This document shows, piece after piece, positions 19,594 through 29,316 of a DNA stretch of 64,000 nt (positions are counted from its first letter, which is position 1; each line of letters begins with the position of its first letter). The notes under the pieces were generated by a model. That model was not told the origin of the DNA, did no database searches, and worked only from the letters and a program-made list of their open reading frames with translations. The stretch is from contig JAUVXV010000011.1 in NCBI GenBank assembly GCA_030603365.1, positions 32,001 through 96,000 of the forward strand. Direction: 5' to 3'. The DNA is from Candidatus Heimdallarchaeota archaeon. GTDB lineage: Archaea > Asgardarchaeota > Heimdallarchaeia > Heimdallarchaeales > Heimdallarchaeaceae. Both the position numbers and the translations under genes were made by a program.

Positions 19594-20241
19594 ATGTCCT
19601 TACTAGATGAATTTAGACAGCTTTCAGAAGAAATGGCTTACATACCACTATATTTGAAAGAAGTTACCCAAGAAGCTATTCTTGAACAGCCCCTTTTCTT
19701 TCATCTGAGTAAATACCCTTTGTTACAATGCATTGATGTTTACAAATTCCTTTATCAGGGTAGTTGTGGTTGGGCACATCTATCTAGTTTAGGAGATGAA
19801 AAACAAATCAAAGATTATTTAGTTAAAGAACTTACTGAAGCAGAGAAACAACTTGAGATTGACGAGATTTTTGAATTACTAGATAATAAAACCAGGTTAG
19901 GGAGAGTTAATCTTAGATCTTGGAAAGAGCATGTAGGAATGGATAGTGAATTACTTCTGAATTTGATGATGAAAGCACAACAAAATACACCAGGAACTCC
20001 TGAATTATTTATTGAAAGGTGGGAAGAGTTTAAAGAATGGCTACAACAAGGGTTGATAACTTATCCAGCAGGTGCTAAGAAATCCATGAATCGTTGGCTA
20101 GATCTTATTTTTGAAATAGCTCATGAAACAGTATTATCTTCTGATCTACCTTTGGTATCACATTCACCTATGTTCAAGAAATCCTATAATCCAACTTATA
20201 GAATCATTAGAGAGGAAGATATCTTCCAAGAAAAAAAATGA
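19594..20241 (+). CDS. Hypothetical protein
   Basis: 215-aa ORF, DVYKFLYQG..H and HS..FK..Y.P.YR conserved-looking motifs. Confidence 0.7.
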   Translation: MSLLDEFRQLSEEMAYIPLYLKEVTQEAILEQPLFFHLSKYPLLQCIDVYKFLYQGSCGWAHLSSLGDEKQIKDYLVKELTEAEKQLEIDEIFELLDNKTRLGRVNLRSWKEHVGMDSELLLNLMMKAQQNTPGTPELFIERWEEFKEWLQQGLITYPAGAKKSMNRWLDLIFEIAHETVLSSDLPLVSHSPMFKKSYNPTYRIIREEDIFQEKK

Positions 20242-20245
20242 AGGC

Positions 20246-21019
20246 TTAGAAAAGATAAGGTACAATAGCCTTTCTCTTTTCAGGATAATCTTCAAATGTT
20301 TCTTTATACCAGTTATGATGAGATTTTGCTCTAGGTACTAAATTTGCAATTGTCCAAAACACAAACAGTAAACCTGCCCAATTCCAAACCATTAATCCCC
20401 AACCTATCCAGATTAAAATTTCACCAAAATAATTTGGACTCGAAATAAATTTATACAATCCTCCAAAAGGTATTTTGTATCCTTTTTCTCCAGGTTTTCT
20501 CAAATCTCTTAAGACTATATCTGCGTGACGATTAATAATGTACCCTACTATGAAAATTATAACTCCAATAATAAATCTTGGATCTGTCAACCAAGAAGAA
20601 GTATATTCTGATTCAGCAGCGAAATGAAAAATCCAACGTGCTTGAAGGTAAGTGTTGGAAGTCTGAAAAAGCATCCCGAAGAAAATTATCAGTAAAGGCA
20701 TTCTTTTATTTGTTCTAAGGAAAAATGGAAAAATCAAATCTCTTTGAACATAATGAAGTAACCAGAGAACAAGTAAAACAATTGGAACTAAATCCTTTCT
20801 TTCACTCATAGCAAAGATCACTGCAAAGATAATTACTGCAGGGATTTCCATGATTATCCAACCCAACTTTGAACTGATAGATGGACCCCATCCTTTGCGA
20901 ATGTGACGCCCGTACGGAGCACTAATAAAGAATAATAATATAAACATAGCAAGAGCAACTACCGCGGAAGCGATAAGCAAACCCCTATAGATAACAATCT
21001 CTTCCATTACAGAGAGCAT
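20246..21019 (-). CDS. 3-oxo-5-alpha-steroid 4-dehydrogenase (SRD5A/DET2-like)
   Basis: APYGRH, WIIMEIPA, HY..R, LR..GEKGYKIP.GG, PNYFGE and RA..HH.WY motifs. Confidence 0.9.
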   Translation of the reverse strand: MLSVMEEIVIYRGLLIASAVVALAMFILLFFISAPYGRHIRKGWGPSISSKLGWIIMEIPAVIIFAVIFAMSERKDLVPIVLLVLWLLHYVQRDLIFPFFLRTNKRMPLLIIFFGMLFQTSNTYLQARWIFHFAAESEYTSSWLTDPRFIIGVIIFIVGYIINRHADIVLRDLRKPGEKGYKIPFGGLYKFISSPNYFGEILIWIGWGLMVWNWAGLLFVFWTIANLVPRAKSHHNWYKETFEDYPEKRKAIVPYLF

Positions 21020-21115
21020 TATCTAGCTTTTTTTAAAATGTTTCCCACTATGCGGGTGAGAAATAACTTTAAAATATGTCTAGAAAGTAAAGAAGCAAAA
21101 GGAAGGATATTACAA

Positions 21116-22339
21116 ATGTCTTCTAGAATTGTAGAAAAAGATAAGACAAGACTCTTTTGGAATGTTCAGTTCATTTATGAGCTTGTTCTTGCAAAAAAAG
21201 AGTTAGAAGCATTTGCGATAAAATATGAGGTTGATAGCAATTTCAGAGGTATAGAAATTCTAGAAATTCCAAGTGAAAAGAATTTCAGTAATAGAACATC
21301 TTATTTTGAAAAAATAAATGGATTACCAACACTTTATTCTAAAATAACTAAAGCAAACATCACTCGTTCTATAAACCAATATCTTACTCATTGGTTTTAT
21401 CCTTACAAAGGAAAATACCACCCCCAGATGATCAGAGCTCTAATCAATATAATGAAGATTAATCCAGGTGAAATAATACTTGACCCATTCATAGGAAGTG
21501 GAACTACAGCATTGGAAGCACAGTTATTAGGTATTGGTTGCATTGGTGTAGACATCTCAGAGGTATGTTTTAGAGTTTCTAAAGCAAAAACTGAAACAGT
21601 AAAGCATACAATTGAGATTGAAAAAGAATTTGAAATAATCTTGCAAAAACTAAGAAATATAGATGAGAATAATAATGAAAAAGTAATTCCTCAAATTCAG
21701 CAATTAATCAGTGATATAACTAATGAAAGTGTTCAGAATTTTTTTCAAGTTGCAGATCTAATTGCCCATAGTGATAAGGCAAGAAGAAAGAAGAAAAATT
21801 TCCTAGAATCGTTTATTAAAAATTCTGAAAAAATGCTCACTTCAGTAAAAGATTATAGTCGAGTTATTCAAGAAAATAATCTGACTCTTGGTGAGGTAAA
21901 TATTCATCTAGGAAATGCAAAGAATCTACAGATAGAATCAGAAACAATCGATGGTATTCTATGCTCACCACCATATTCAATAGCATTAAATTATGTTGAA
22001 AATGATAAGCATGCACTTGAAGCTCTAGGATATAATACTACTGAGATAAAAGAGGATTTCATTGGAGTTAAAGGCTCCGGAAACAAGAAGATTGACTTGT
22101 ATAATAGAGATTTGATACAATCATATTTAGAAATGGATAGAGTACTAAAACCTGGCAAATATTGTTCAATAGTTATTGGAAATGCTAGAGTTAACAAAGA
22201 GGAAGTTCCTACTGTAGAAACAACCATTAATTTCTTCCTGGATAAAGGATATACATTGGAAATGAATGTTGATAAAATAATATTTGGATTGTATAATGTC
22301 ATGCAAAAAGAAAATATACTAATTTTCAAAAAGCCTTAA
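21116..22339 (+). CDS. Orphan amino-DNA methyltransferase (probably N4-cytosine)
   Basis: H..YPYKGK, DPFIGSGTT (motif I) precedes SPPY (motif IV). Confidence 0.85.
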   Translation: MSSRIVEKDKTRLFWNVQFIYELVLAKKELEAFAIKYEVDSNFRGIEILEIPSEKNFSNRTSYFEKINGLPTLYSKITKANITRSINQYLTHWFYPYKGKYHPQMIRALINIMKINPGEIILDPFIGSGTTALEAQLLGIGCIGVDISEVCFRVSKAKTETVKHTIEIEKEFEIILQKLRNIDENNNEKVIPQIQQLISDITNESVQNFFQVADLIAHSDKARRKKKNFLESFIKNSEKMLTSVKDYSRVIQENNLTLGEVNIHLGNAKNLQIESETIDGILCSPPYSIALNYVENDKHALEALGYNTTEIKEDFIGVKGSGNKKIDLYNRDLIQSYLEMDRVLKPGKYCSIVIGNARVNKEEVPTVETTINFFLDKGYTLEMNVDKIIFGLYNVMQKENILIFKKP

Positions 22340-22344
22340 TCTCT

Positions 22345-23436
22345 TCACTTCTTTATTTTTGAGAAAGTATCAACTATAAGTTTTGAAATGTCTTCAGGCA
22401 AAATTCCTGGGAGATCAATGTTATTAGAGATAAAGAAATCTGACAATTTTTCTGAAATAATAGTTTCATCTATCTGTGTATTCATCAAAATTTTCTGCAT
22501 TTCTTCTAGAATGAATGGTGGAGAAAGCGAGAAATCACCAGAGATAACGATATCTACAATCTTTCCACTATCAAAATGAATGAAGAGTTGCATCAATCCT
22601 CCAAGAAATTTCTTTTCAGAAAAGACGAAATAAGTATCTCCTTTGATTTTCTGTTGGAATAAATCTGTTTTATCCTTATCTACATAATAAAGCCAATCTT
22701 TCTGTTGATATAGATCTTTAATATCTGCTAGTTTTTCTTCTTCAATGTTTGAAAGAGATCCTTCAATCAATTTTACATCTAATTCTTTCTGGAAGTTTTG
22801 AATGTATTTTTCAACTACTTCTTCTTTTGTAGGAATTTCAGCTAGAAGAATTTTGAAACTTCCCATTCTTTCTTCCAAAGATTTAGCAATTTTATCTCTG
22901 AATTTCTCATCAGGGACCTTAAGGATTTTAGACATTTCTACTGAAGGAAAATCAAAAATGAAATTGCCAACTAATACTCTAGAATTACCGTAGGAAACGG
23001 CACCATTTCCACTAATTTTTCGTCCTTTTGCAACAATATCATTGATTGGTGAGTATTCTGCAGAGATATTAAATTCTTTATAGGTTTGAATCACAGGTGT
23101 AAGAAAATACTCGTAAAATTCTCTCAGTTTTTGATTATAGTCTTTCTTATTGCAGATTATTTGATAAAAAAGTTGATTGCTATCAAGATATACAGATCCT
23201 CCACCAGTTCCTCTCCTGACAATTGGGAGTTTTTGTTCTTGAATATAATCCAATTCAACAGATTGCTCCAATACTTGATGTAATCCAACACAAACTAATG
23301 GTCGATCTGGCCATGTTAGAACTAAAGTATTTGGAGTTTGGGATCCATTTTGGACTAAAGCTAGCGCATGATAAATTGCTTGCGTATCTAACCAGTTCTG
23401 CTCCCCTATATTCAATAAGCGCCATTCTTTTTCCAT
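22345..23436 (-). CDS. lplA: Lipoate-protein ligase A family
   Basis: RRGTGGGSVY, NDI...RKISGNG, C-terminal ISGDF domain. Confidence 0.88.
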   Translation of the reverse strand: MEKEWRLLNIGEQNWLDTQAIYHALALVQNGSQTPNTLVLTWPDRPLVCVGLHQVLEQSVELDYIQEQKLPIVRRGTGGGSVYLDSNQLFYQIICNKKDYNQKLREFYEYFLTPVIQTYKEFNISAEYSPINDIVAKGRKISGNGAVSYGNSRVLVGNFIFDFPSVEMSKILKVPDEKFRDKIAKSLEERMGSFKILLAEIPTKEEVVEKYIQNFQKELDVKLIEGSLSNIEEEKLADIKDLYQQKDWLYYVDKDKTDLFQQKIKGDTYFVFSEKKFLGGLMQLFIHFDSGKIVDIVISGDFSLSPPFILEEMQKILMNTQIDETIISEKLSDFFISNNIDLPGILPEDISKLIVDTFSKIKK

Positions 23437-23462
23437 GATTATCCCCCAAAAAAGATGAGTGT

Positions 23463-24158
23463 TTAAACTACTGACCACTCAATCTCATCTGTTATAAAGA
23501 ATACCACTTCACCAAAGTCACTGAAGCATATCAATCTAGAAAACTGAGTTGTCTTTTGAACCCCATCAACTTCAATATTAGCATAGAAATTTACAGATAT
23601 TTCATATTCAATTGTCCATGATGAATATATTGTTTCAATAGTATCGTTAATACTAGGATATGGATAGGTAGGCTGACTTACATGAGATGAATTCCATTCA
23701 TCAAAACCCCACATCCAAGAAAAGAAACTGCCGTTAGAGGTACCAAATAGATTAGCATAGGAATCCTTGGCTCCTGCTGCACTTAATGGTGCTGTACTAA
23801 TTGTCATTTCCAATTCAAAGACATGAACTTCCTTACTCAATCCTTCATAATCAGATAGAGAAACATTTTCCATGAATTTAGCTTCATCTATCATCAGTTG
23901 TGTTATGTTATTTAGATGAGATAATTGTGGTAATCCAGTGATTTGATCCCAGTAATCTAAACTACTCCCATTAATCAAGGCCGTATTATCCATTACAAGG
24001 GCACTTTGAGAATCACCATCAATAGTATTGATAATTATTGAACTGTTGAATTCATCAATCCCAGCAGGAGCAGTTGTAACAGAGATGAGAATAATTGGCA
24101 ATCCAAGTAAACAAAAACCAAAAATAATCAGAAATATATTGAATATACTATTTGCCAT
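23463..24158 (-). CDS. Secreted hypothetical protein
   Basis: N-terminal hydrophobic segment, 231 aa. Confidence 0.7.
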   Translation of the reverse strand: MANSIFNIFLIIFGFCLLGLPIILISVTTAPAGIDEFNSSIIINTIDGDSQSALVMDNTALINGSSLDYWDQITGLPQLSHLNNITQLMIDEAKFMENVSLSDYEGLSKEVHVFELEMTISTAPLSAAGAKDSYANLFGTSNGSFFSWMWGFDEWNSSHVSQPTYPYPSINDTIETIYSSWTIEYEISVNFYANIEVDGVQKTTQFSRLICFSDFGEVVFFITDEIEWSVV

Positions 24159-24216
24159 GTCTGTGAAATAGTAAGAATATTATTTATAGGTTTTGAATTA
24201 AAAATAGAGGGAAGAG

Positions 24217-25545
24217 TTATTTCTTACCCTTAAATTTCTTCGAATATAATAGGTGTGATGGATAAACTACAGCAAAAAGACCCACTGTACCAATTACGAA
24301 GTAAGAACCAAGATTTGCAAAGAAAGTGTATTCTCCTAAGAAATTATTAGTCCAAACATCACCATCTGTTGAAAAAGCAAAAGCTACACTAGGCCAACCT
24401 CCTCCACCGAATCTACCCCCTCTTCCTACTACAAAAGTGAGGAAAAGTCTTTCTTCATAAATAGAGAGAGATGGGTCTTTACGATAGTAACCGTCAAAAT
24501 TATCTTGGTTTTTAATTATAATATGAGATTTAATAGTACTTGAAATAACTTGTAATCCACTAATAATTCCTGGTTCTACTTGAAATGACTTACCCCACAA
24601 GAATGTCTCTTTCTTGAGAATACCTTGAGCAACATCATATGCATCAGTAAGATTATCTTGAGCTACCATGAAAAATTGTTCTTTCCAGTAGATAACTGTG
24701 GGTTTTGTTAAATTCAGTTCATCATTTGGAGGATCAAAAGTAACAATATTACTCTCAACTTCATAGGTATCATCCAGATTGTCAAAAGATACGGTATGAG
24801 TAATCACATTCCTTAGAAGTTCAAGATCAAATTCTTCTTCCCGAAGAGTATGAATTAGTAAGAAATCACCATCGTGATAATATAATTCGAAATCTTCTCC
24901 ATAACCAGGAGAGAAGTAAACCGAATCAGTAATTTCCAGTGTATCAGGATCTATCTCTAGTATTTCATTACCACTATCGGTGGAATTGACATCAAAAATT
25001 GCATTGTTGAAACCATATGCTAAAATCAGTTTAGTATCATCATGAGTCACAAAAAAGCTGTAAAAGCTAAACCCTTCGTTATCATAAGGAACTGATGTGT
25101 TGTATAACAAGAATAACCCTCCCCAAGTAACACCATTATCTATAGATGTTCTGATAAAGAAAGTCATATTATTAGTGGTTTGGTCCTGTGTTACGAGGAA
25201 TAAGTAAGCTTTTTCATTAAAATAAACTAAACCTGTCTGGTTGGTGTAATAGTTAGTTGAGTTAATAGTGAAAGATTCATCTTGAATAACAGTATCATTA
25301 ATTTCTTCTATTTGAAATTCTGTTGGAAGTCTCCTCATGGTTCGAGATCTAACTGTTTGTTCAACTGATTCTTCATTAGCAATTCGATCTTGGACAAAGA
25401 CCATAATATATTCACCGTTACTACCTTCAACTGTTGAAGGACCATAATCTGCATAAGTTGTTATTGCATAGGTATAATTGGGAATTGAAGTAAGTACTAT
25501 TGAAAATACAAAAATAAAAATTATCCATTTTTTCTTAAATTGCAT
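24217..25545 (-). CDS. Membrane-anchored Asp-box (BNR) beta-propeller-like protein
   Basis: SIDNGVTW and STDGDVW Asp-boxes, signal peptide, C-terminal TM. Confidence 0.65.
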   Translation of the reverse strand: MQFKKKWIIFIFVFSIVLTSIPNYTYAITTYADYGPSTVEGSNGEYIMVFVQDRIANEESVEQTVRSRTMRRLPTEFQIEEINDTVIQDESFTINSTNYYTNQTGLVYFNEKAYLFLVTQDQTTNNMTFFIRTSIDNGVTWGGLFLLYNTSVPYDNEGFSFYSFFVTHDDTKLILAYGFNNAIFDVNSTDSGNEILEIDPDTLEITDSVYFSPGYGEDFELYYHDGDFLLIHTLREEEFDLELLRNVITHTVSFDNLDDTYEVESNIVTFDPPNDELNLTKPTVIYWKEQFFMVAQDNLTDAYDVAQGILKKETFLWGKSFQVEPGIISGLQVISSTIKSHIIIKNQDNFDGYYRKDPSLSIYEERLFLTFVVGRGGRFGGGGWPSVAFAFSTDGDVWTNNFLGEYTFFANLGSYFVIGTVGLFAVVYPSHLLYSKKFKGKK

Positions 25546-25640
25546 TTAGGAAACTCCTATTATTTTTCTTCTTGAAAAACTTGGTTGAGATATATATAAA
25601 TGTTGCCAAGAGAGAATGAAATTCATAGCTCTTCCACACC

Positions 25641-26156
25641 TTATTCTAGTTCTAGCGAACTTCTGATATTTCTTAATTCCTGCATAGTTTTACCTTTCGA
25701 ATCTTTTTCTGTTGTAGAAATATCCAAGAGGAGAAGAAAATCATTATGTTTGAAAGCTATTAGTTCAAAAATCCCTCTCATACCTTCTTTAACATTATTC
25801 CATGTACCAGATATGAATTGGTTTTCTTTATCTTTGAAATCCATAATATAGTATTCGTTTACTTTCATTATATCTCCGATATAGTATTTATGCACTAAAC
25901 GAGAACGTAAATCAGTAAGATACTCTAATGTTAGGGATTTTTCAGTATAAGGCTGCCAATAAATAAAAAACAACCTGTTCGGTTTTAATCTAATAAATGG
26001 AAGAAATGTAGTATAATCTAGACCAGGAAGTAAATGAGCAAAGTAACCAGATGGAAAGCTAAGAGAACCTATAAATTCTATGTGGGCTTTTTTCTGTTTA
26101 TTAGCTAAATCTAGAGAGATACTTATCATCATAACACTAAATGTTGAAACACTCAT
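25641..26156 (-). CDS. Hypothetical protein
   Basis: 171-aa ORF filling the gap. Confidence 0.6.
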   Translation of the reverse strand: MSVSTFSVMMISISLDLANKQKKAHIEFIGSLSFPSGYFAHLLPGLDYTTFLPFIRLKPNRLFFIYWQPYTEKSLTLEYLTDLRSRLVHKYYIGDIMKVNEYYIMDFKDKENQFISGTWNNVKEGMRGIFELIAFKHNDFLLLLDISTTEKDSKGKTMQELRNIRSSLELE

Positions 26157-26226
26157 ATAGCTTATGTTAAATCATTCTATTTATTGATTTAAAACTTGAA
26201 AAGATTAATAAGTGCTCAATTTTTGA

Positions 26227-28581
26227 CTAGTTTCTTAGTGTTATTTTCTTCTCTTTTTTTATGAAGGGATTTTTGTATCTTTTTAACAAAAGGGAATTAG
26301 TTACAACTGAGACTGAAGACAATGCCATGGCTAAACCTGCTATTTCAGCTGGCAACAAGACACCTAATGGGATCAGAATACCAGCAGCAATGGGTATTCC
26401 AAGAGTATTATAGATTAGTGCCCAGAATAACCCCATCTTTACTCTTCTAATAGTTTTCTTGCTTAGATCAATTGCGGTTGCAACATCTCGTAAATCATCC
26501 TTAACAAGAACTATATCACCTGTTTCGATTGCTACATCAGTTCCAGAACCTATAGCAACACCTACATCAGCTTTAGCTAATGCAGGAGCGTCGTTAACAC
26601 CGTCTCCAACAAACAAAACCTTAGAGTTCTCTTTTTGATATTTATTAACAACTTCAACTTTTTGTTCTGGTAAAACTTCTGCATGTATCTCATCTATTCC
26701 TACTTGTTGTGCAATGGATCTTGCTGCTCTTTCATTATCCCCACTTACCATCACTACTTTGATATCCATTTCTTTTAATGTATCGACAGCTTGTTTTGAT
26801 GTGGGTTTGATTGTATCTGCAATTGCAATAATTCCGATGACATCTTTATTCTCAACAATCAACATCACAGTCTTACCTTGTTCCTCTAGTTGAACCATTT
26901 CATTCTCAATTTTATCCGAGATATCTATGTCACCTAATTGAGCTATTTTTCGACTTCCAACGAAATAGTTCTTTCCGCTTAAGGAAGCTTCAATACCCTT
27001 TCCTGGATGAGCTTTGAAATCATGTATATCAAGAAAATCGACTTTTTCCTCTTGCGCTTTCATAACAATAGCTTTTGCAATAGAGTGCTCTGAACCTTTT
27101 TCTAAGGAAGCTGAAATTTGAAGAAGATAATTATTTGTTAGCTCATTCTTTTGTGAAATTATATCTGTAACCTTAGGTGAACCTTGTGTAATTGTACCTG
27201 TCTTATCTAGCAGAACCACATCAGTTTTTCTTGCAATTTCAAGTGCATCACCGCTTCTAATTAGAATACCATTTGATGCTCCTAATCCAGTTCCAACCAT
27301 TATAGCTGTTGGTGTTGCTAATCCAAGAGCACAAGGACAGGAGATTACTATTACAGTAATAGAAATCAAGAAAGCAAAGAGAAATGTAGATGAAATTCCT
27401 GTAGCTATGTTGTTAGGTAAAGCTGAAAGTTGAATTACATTTGTTTCTAATAGTGAATACCAAATAGCAAAGGTAATCAATGATATTAAAATGACTGCAG
27501 GAACAAACCATGCTGAAATTCGATCTGCTAATTTTTGAATAGGTATTTTGGAAGTCTGAGCATCATCAACCATAGTAATTATTTGATTAAGAGTTGTGTC
27601 TGCCCCTATTCTTGTTGTTTGCATTTTTAGAAAGCCATTTTCATTAATGGTTCCACCTATAAGCATGTCACTTTCTTCTTTGAATACTGATACACTTTCT
27701 CCAGTAATCATACTTTCATTAACATATGATTGTCCTTCCTTAATCACACCATCGACTGGAACACTATCTCCTGGTTTAATGAGACAGATATCGTTTATTT
27801 CAACATCATCAATAGGAATCTCAATCTCCTCCCCATCTCTTTCAACTAGTGCAGTATCAGGACGTAATTCTATGAGTTTTTTAATTGCTTCAGAGGTTCT
27901 TCCTTTCGCAATTTCTTCAAGATATTTTCCTAAAAATATGAAGGTGAGTAGTATTGCAGAGGTTTCAAAGAAAACAGCTACTGGATATGCAGGAGCCACA
28001 TAACTATAAATGATTGAAAACAAACTATAGAAATAAGCTGCACTTGTTCCTAGAACAACTAAAACATCCATTGAGGTACTTTTGTTTATCAAACTCTTCC
28101 AAGCAGCTTTGTAAAAAGTAAATCCTATGATGAATTGTATAGGTGTAGTCAGAACTAATTGTAAGAAATTTGATAATAACATCCCGCTGAAAATCTCTTG
28201 AGACATTAACCAACTAGCAAAGTTTGGGAACCAGTTATTGAATGGAAACATGTGTCCCATTGCAAAAATAAATACTGGGATAGTTAGAACTAAACTAGCA
28301 AAAAATCGATTCCTCATATCAATGAGTTGCTTATTCTGCATGAATGCAAGTTGATCAACTTCAAAAGATGCTTTATATCCAGCTTTTTCAACAGCTTTAA
28401 GAATTTCTTTTTCTTTGACTAAAGAAGGATCATAGATCAGTTTAGCATTATGGCTAATTAGATTAACAGAAGCTGAATCTACTCCTTCAACAGAATTTAT
28501 AGCTTTCTCTACTCTACCTACACAAGTTGCACAATGCATACCTTCAATAGATATGGTTTTTTTTTCCGTACCTTCATTCAT
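26227..28581 (-). CDS. copA: Cu(I)-translocating P1B-type ATPase
   Basis: GMHCATC, TGES, CPC, DKTGT, SEH, GDGVND, YN and MALSS motifs. Confidence 0.95.
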   Translation of the reverse strand: MNEGTEKKTISIEGMHCATCVGRVEKAINSVEGVDSASVNLISHNAKLIYDPSLVKEKEILKAVEKAGYKASFEVDQLAFMQNKQLIDMRNRFFASLVLTIPVFIFAMGHMFPFNNWFPNFASWLMSQEIFSGMLLSNFLQLVLTTPIQFIIGFTFYKAAWKSLINKSTSMDVLVVLGTSAAYFYSLFSIIYSYVAPAYPVAVFFETSAILLTFIFLGKYLEEIAKGRTSEAIKKLIELRPDTALVERDGEEIEIPIDDVEINDICLIKPGDSVPVDGVIKEGQSYVNESMITGESVSVFKEESDMLIGGTINENGFLKMQTTRIGADTTLNQIITMVDDAQTSKIPIQKLADRISAWFVPAVILISLITFAIWYSLLETNVIQLSALPNNIATGISSTFLFAFLISITVIVISCPCALGLATPTAIMVGTGLGASNGILIRSGDALEIARKTDVVLLDKTGTITQGSPKVTDIISQKNELTNNYLLQISASLEKGSEHSIAKAIVMKAQEEKVDFLDIHDFKAHPGKGIEASLSGKNYFVGSRKIAQLGDIDISDKIENEMVQLEEQGKTVMLIVENKDVIGIIAIADTIKPTSKQAVDTLKEMDIKVVMVSGDNERAARSIAQQVGIDEIHAEVLPEQKVEVVNKYQKENSKVLFVGDGVNDAPALAKADVGVAIGSGTDVAIETGDIVLVKDDLRDVATAIDLSKKTIRRVKMGLFWALIYNTLGIPIAAGILIPLGVLLPAEIAGLAMALSSVSVVTNSLLLKRYKNPFIKKEKKITLRN

Positions 28582-28641
28582 TACTTGTATCCTTCTTTAC
28601 ACTTTGTTTTAAATCATTTTAACTGTATAATAAGTACAAAA

Positions 28642-28863
28642 CTATGCTACAGATGCTTTGTATCCAGCTTCTTCAATAGCTTTAATCAATTTTTCATCAC
28701 TGGTTTTTCCAGCTTTGAATTGAACTAATGCTGAGTTTGTTTCAAGATTAACTTCTACTTCCTTGACACCACTTACTTTTTTTAGAGCATTAGCAACTGT
28801 CATTTGACAATGACCACAAGTCATTCCTTCAACATTAAGAGTAATTTTTTCCATAATAACCAA
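28642..28863 (-). CDS. copZ: Copper chaperone (HMA domain)
   Basis: GMTCGHC; directly upstream of copA. Confidence 0.9.
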   Translation of the reverse strand: MVIMEKITLNVEGMTCGHCQMTVANALKKVSGVKEVEVNLETNSALVQFKAGKTSDEKLIKAIEEAGYKASVA

Positions 28864-29001
28864 ATAAAGATTGTCAAATTATATATTTAATAACTATCGT
28901 TGGACAAAAATCTACAGTAAATCGTAAACCAAATATAAACATGGATGAAATTAAGTAAAAAGCATCTTTTTCAAGAAATAGATGAAACAGATTGATTTGT
29001 A

Positions 29002-29229
29002 TCAAACTAACATTGCTGAAAAACCCAAAGCAACTATTATTGCTTTGATTTTATTTGTGGTAATTTTGTCTGGGTTTATATCTACTGTTGCAGTTTTTTC
29101 TTTAAAACTAACTTCTGCAGAATCAATCCCACATGTATACCCTAAAGCAAGACTAATTTTCCTTGCGCATTTAGTACAATGCATATCAGGAATTTCATAA
29201 ACACATAGCATCTTAAACACTCTAATCAA
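29002..29229 (-). CDS. Second HMA-domain protein
   Basis: DMHCTKC...LGF. Confidence 0.75.
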   Translation of the reverse strand: MIRVFKMLCVYEIPDMHCTKCARKISLALGYTCGIDSAEVSFKEKTATVDINPDKITTNKIKAIIVALGFSAMLV

Positions 29230-29316
29230 TTAGTAATATATACCCTTTTTAAACTAGGTATTCCACCATAATTCAAAAAAGTAGCATTTTTAGAATGATT
29301 TTTCATATAATTATGA

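Noticed and set aside
26162-26172. TTATGTTAAAT, identical to the XerD arm of dif
   Set aside because: No XerC-like arm at 6-bp spacing; the word is plausible by chance in AT-rich DNA.
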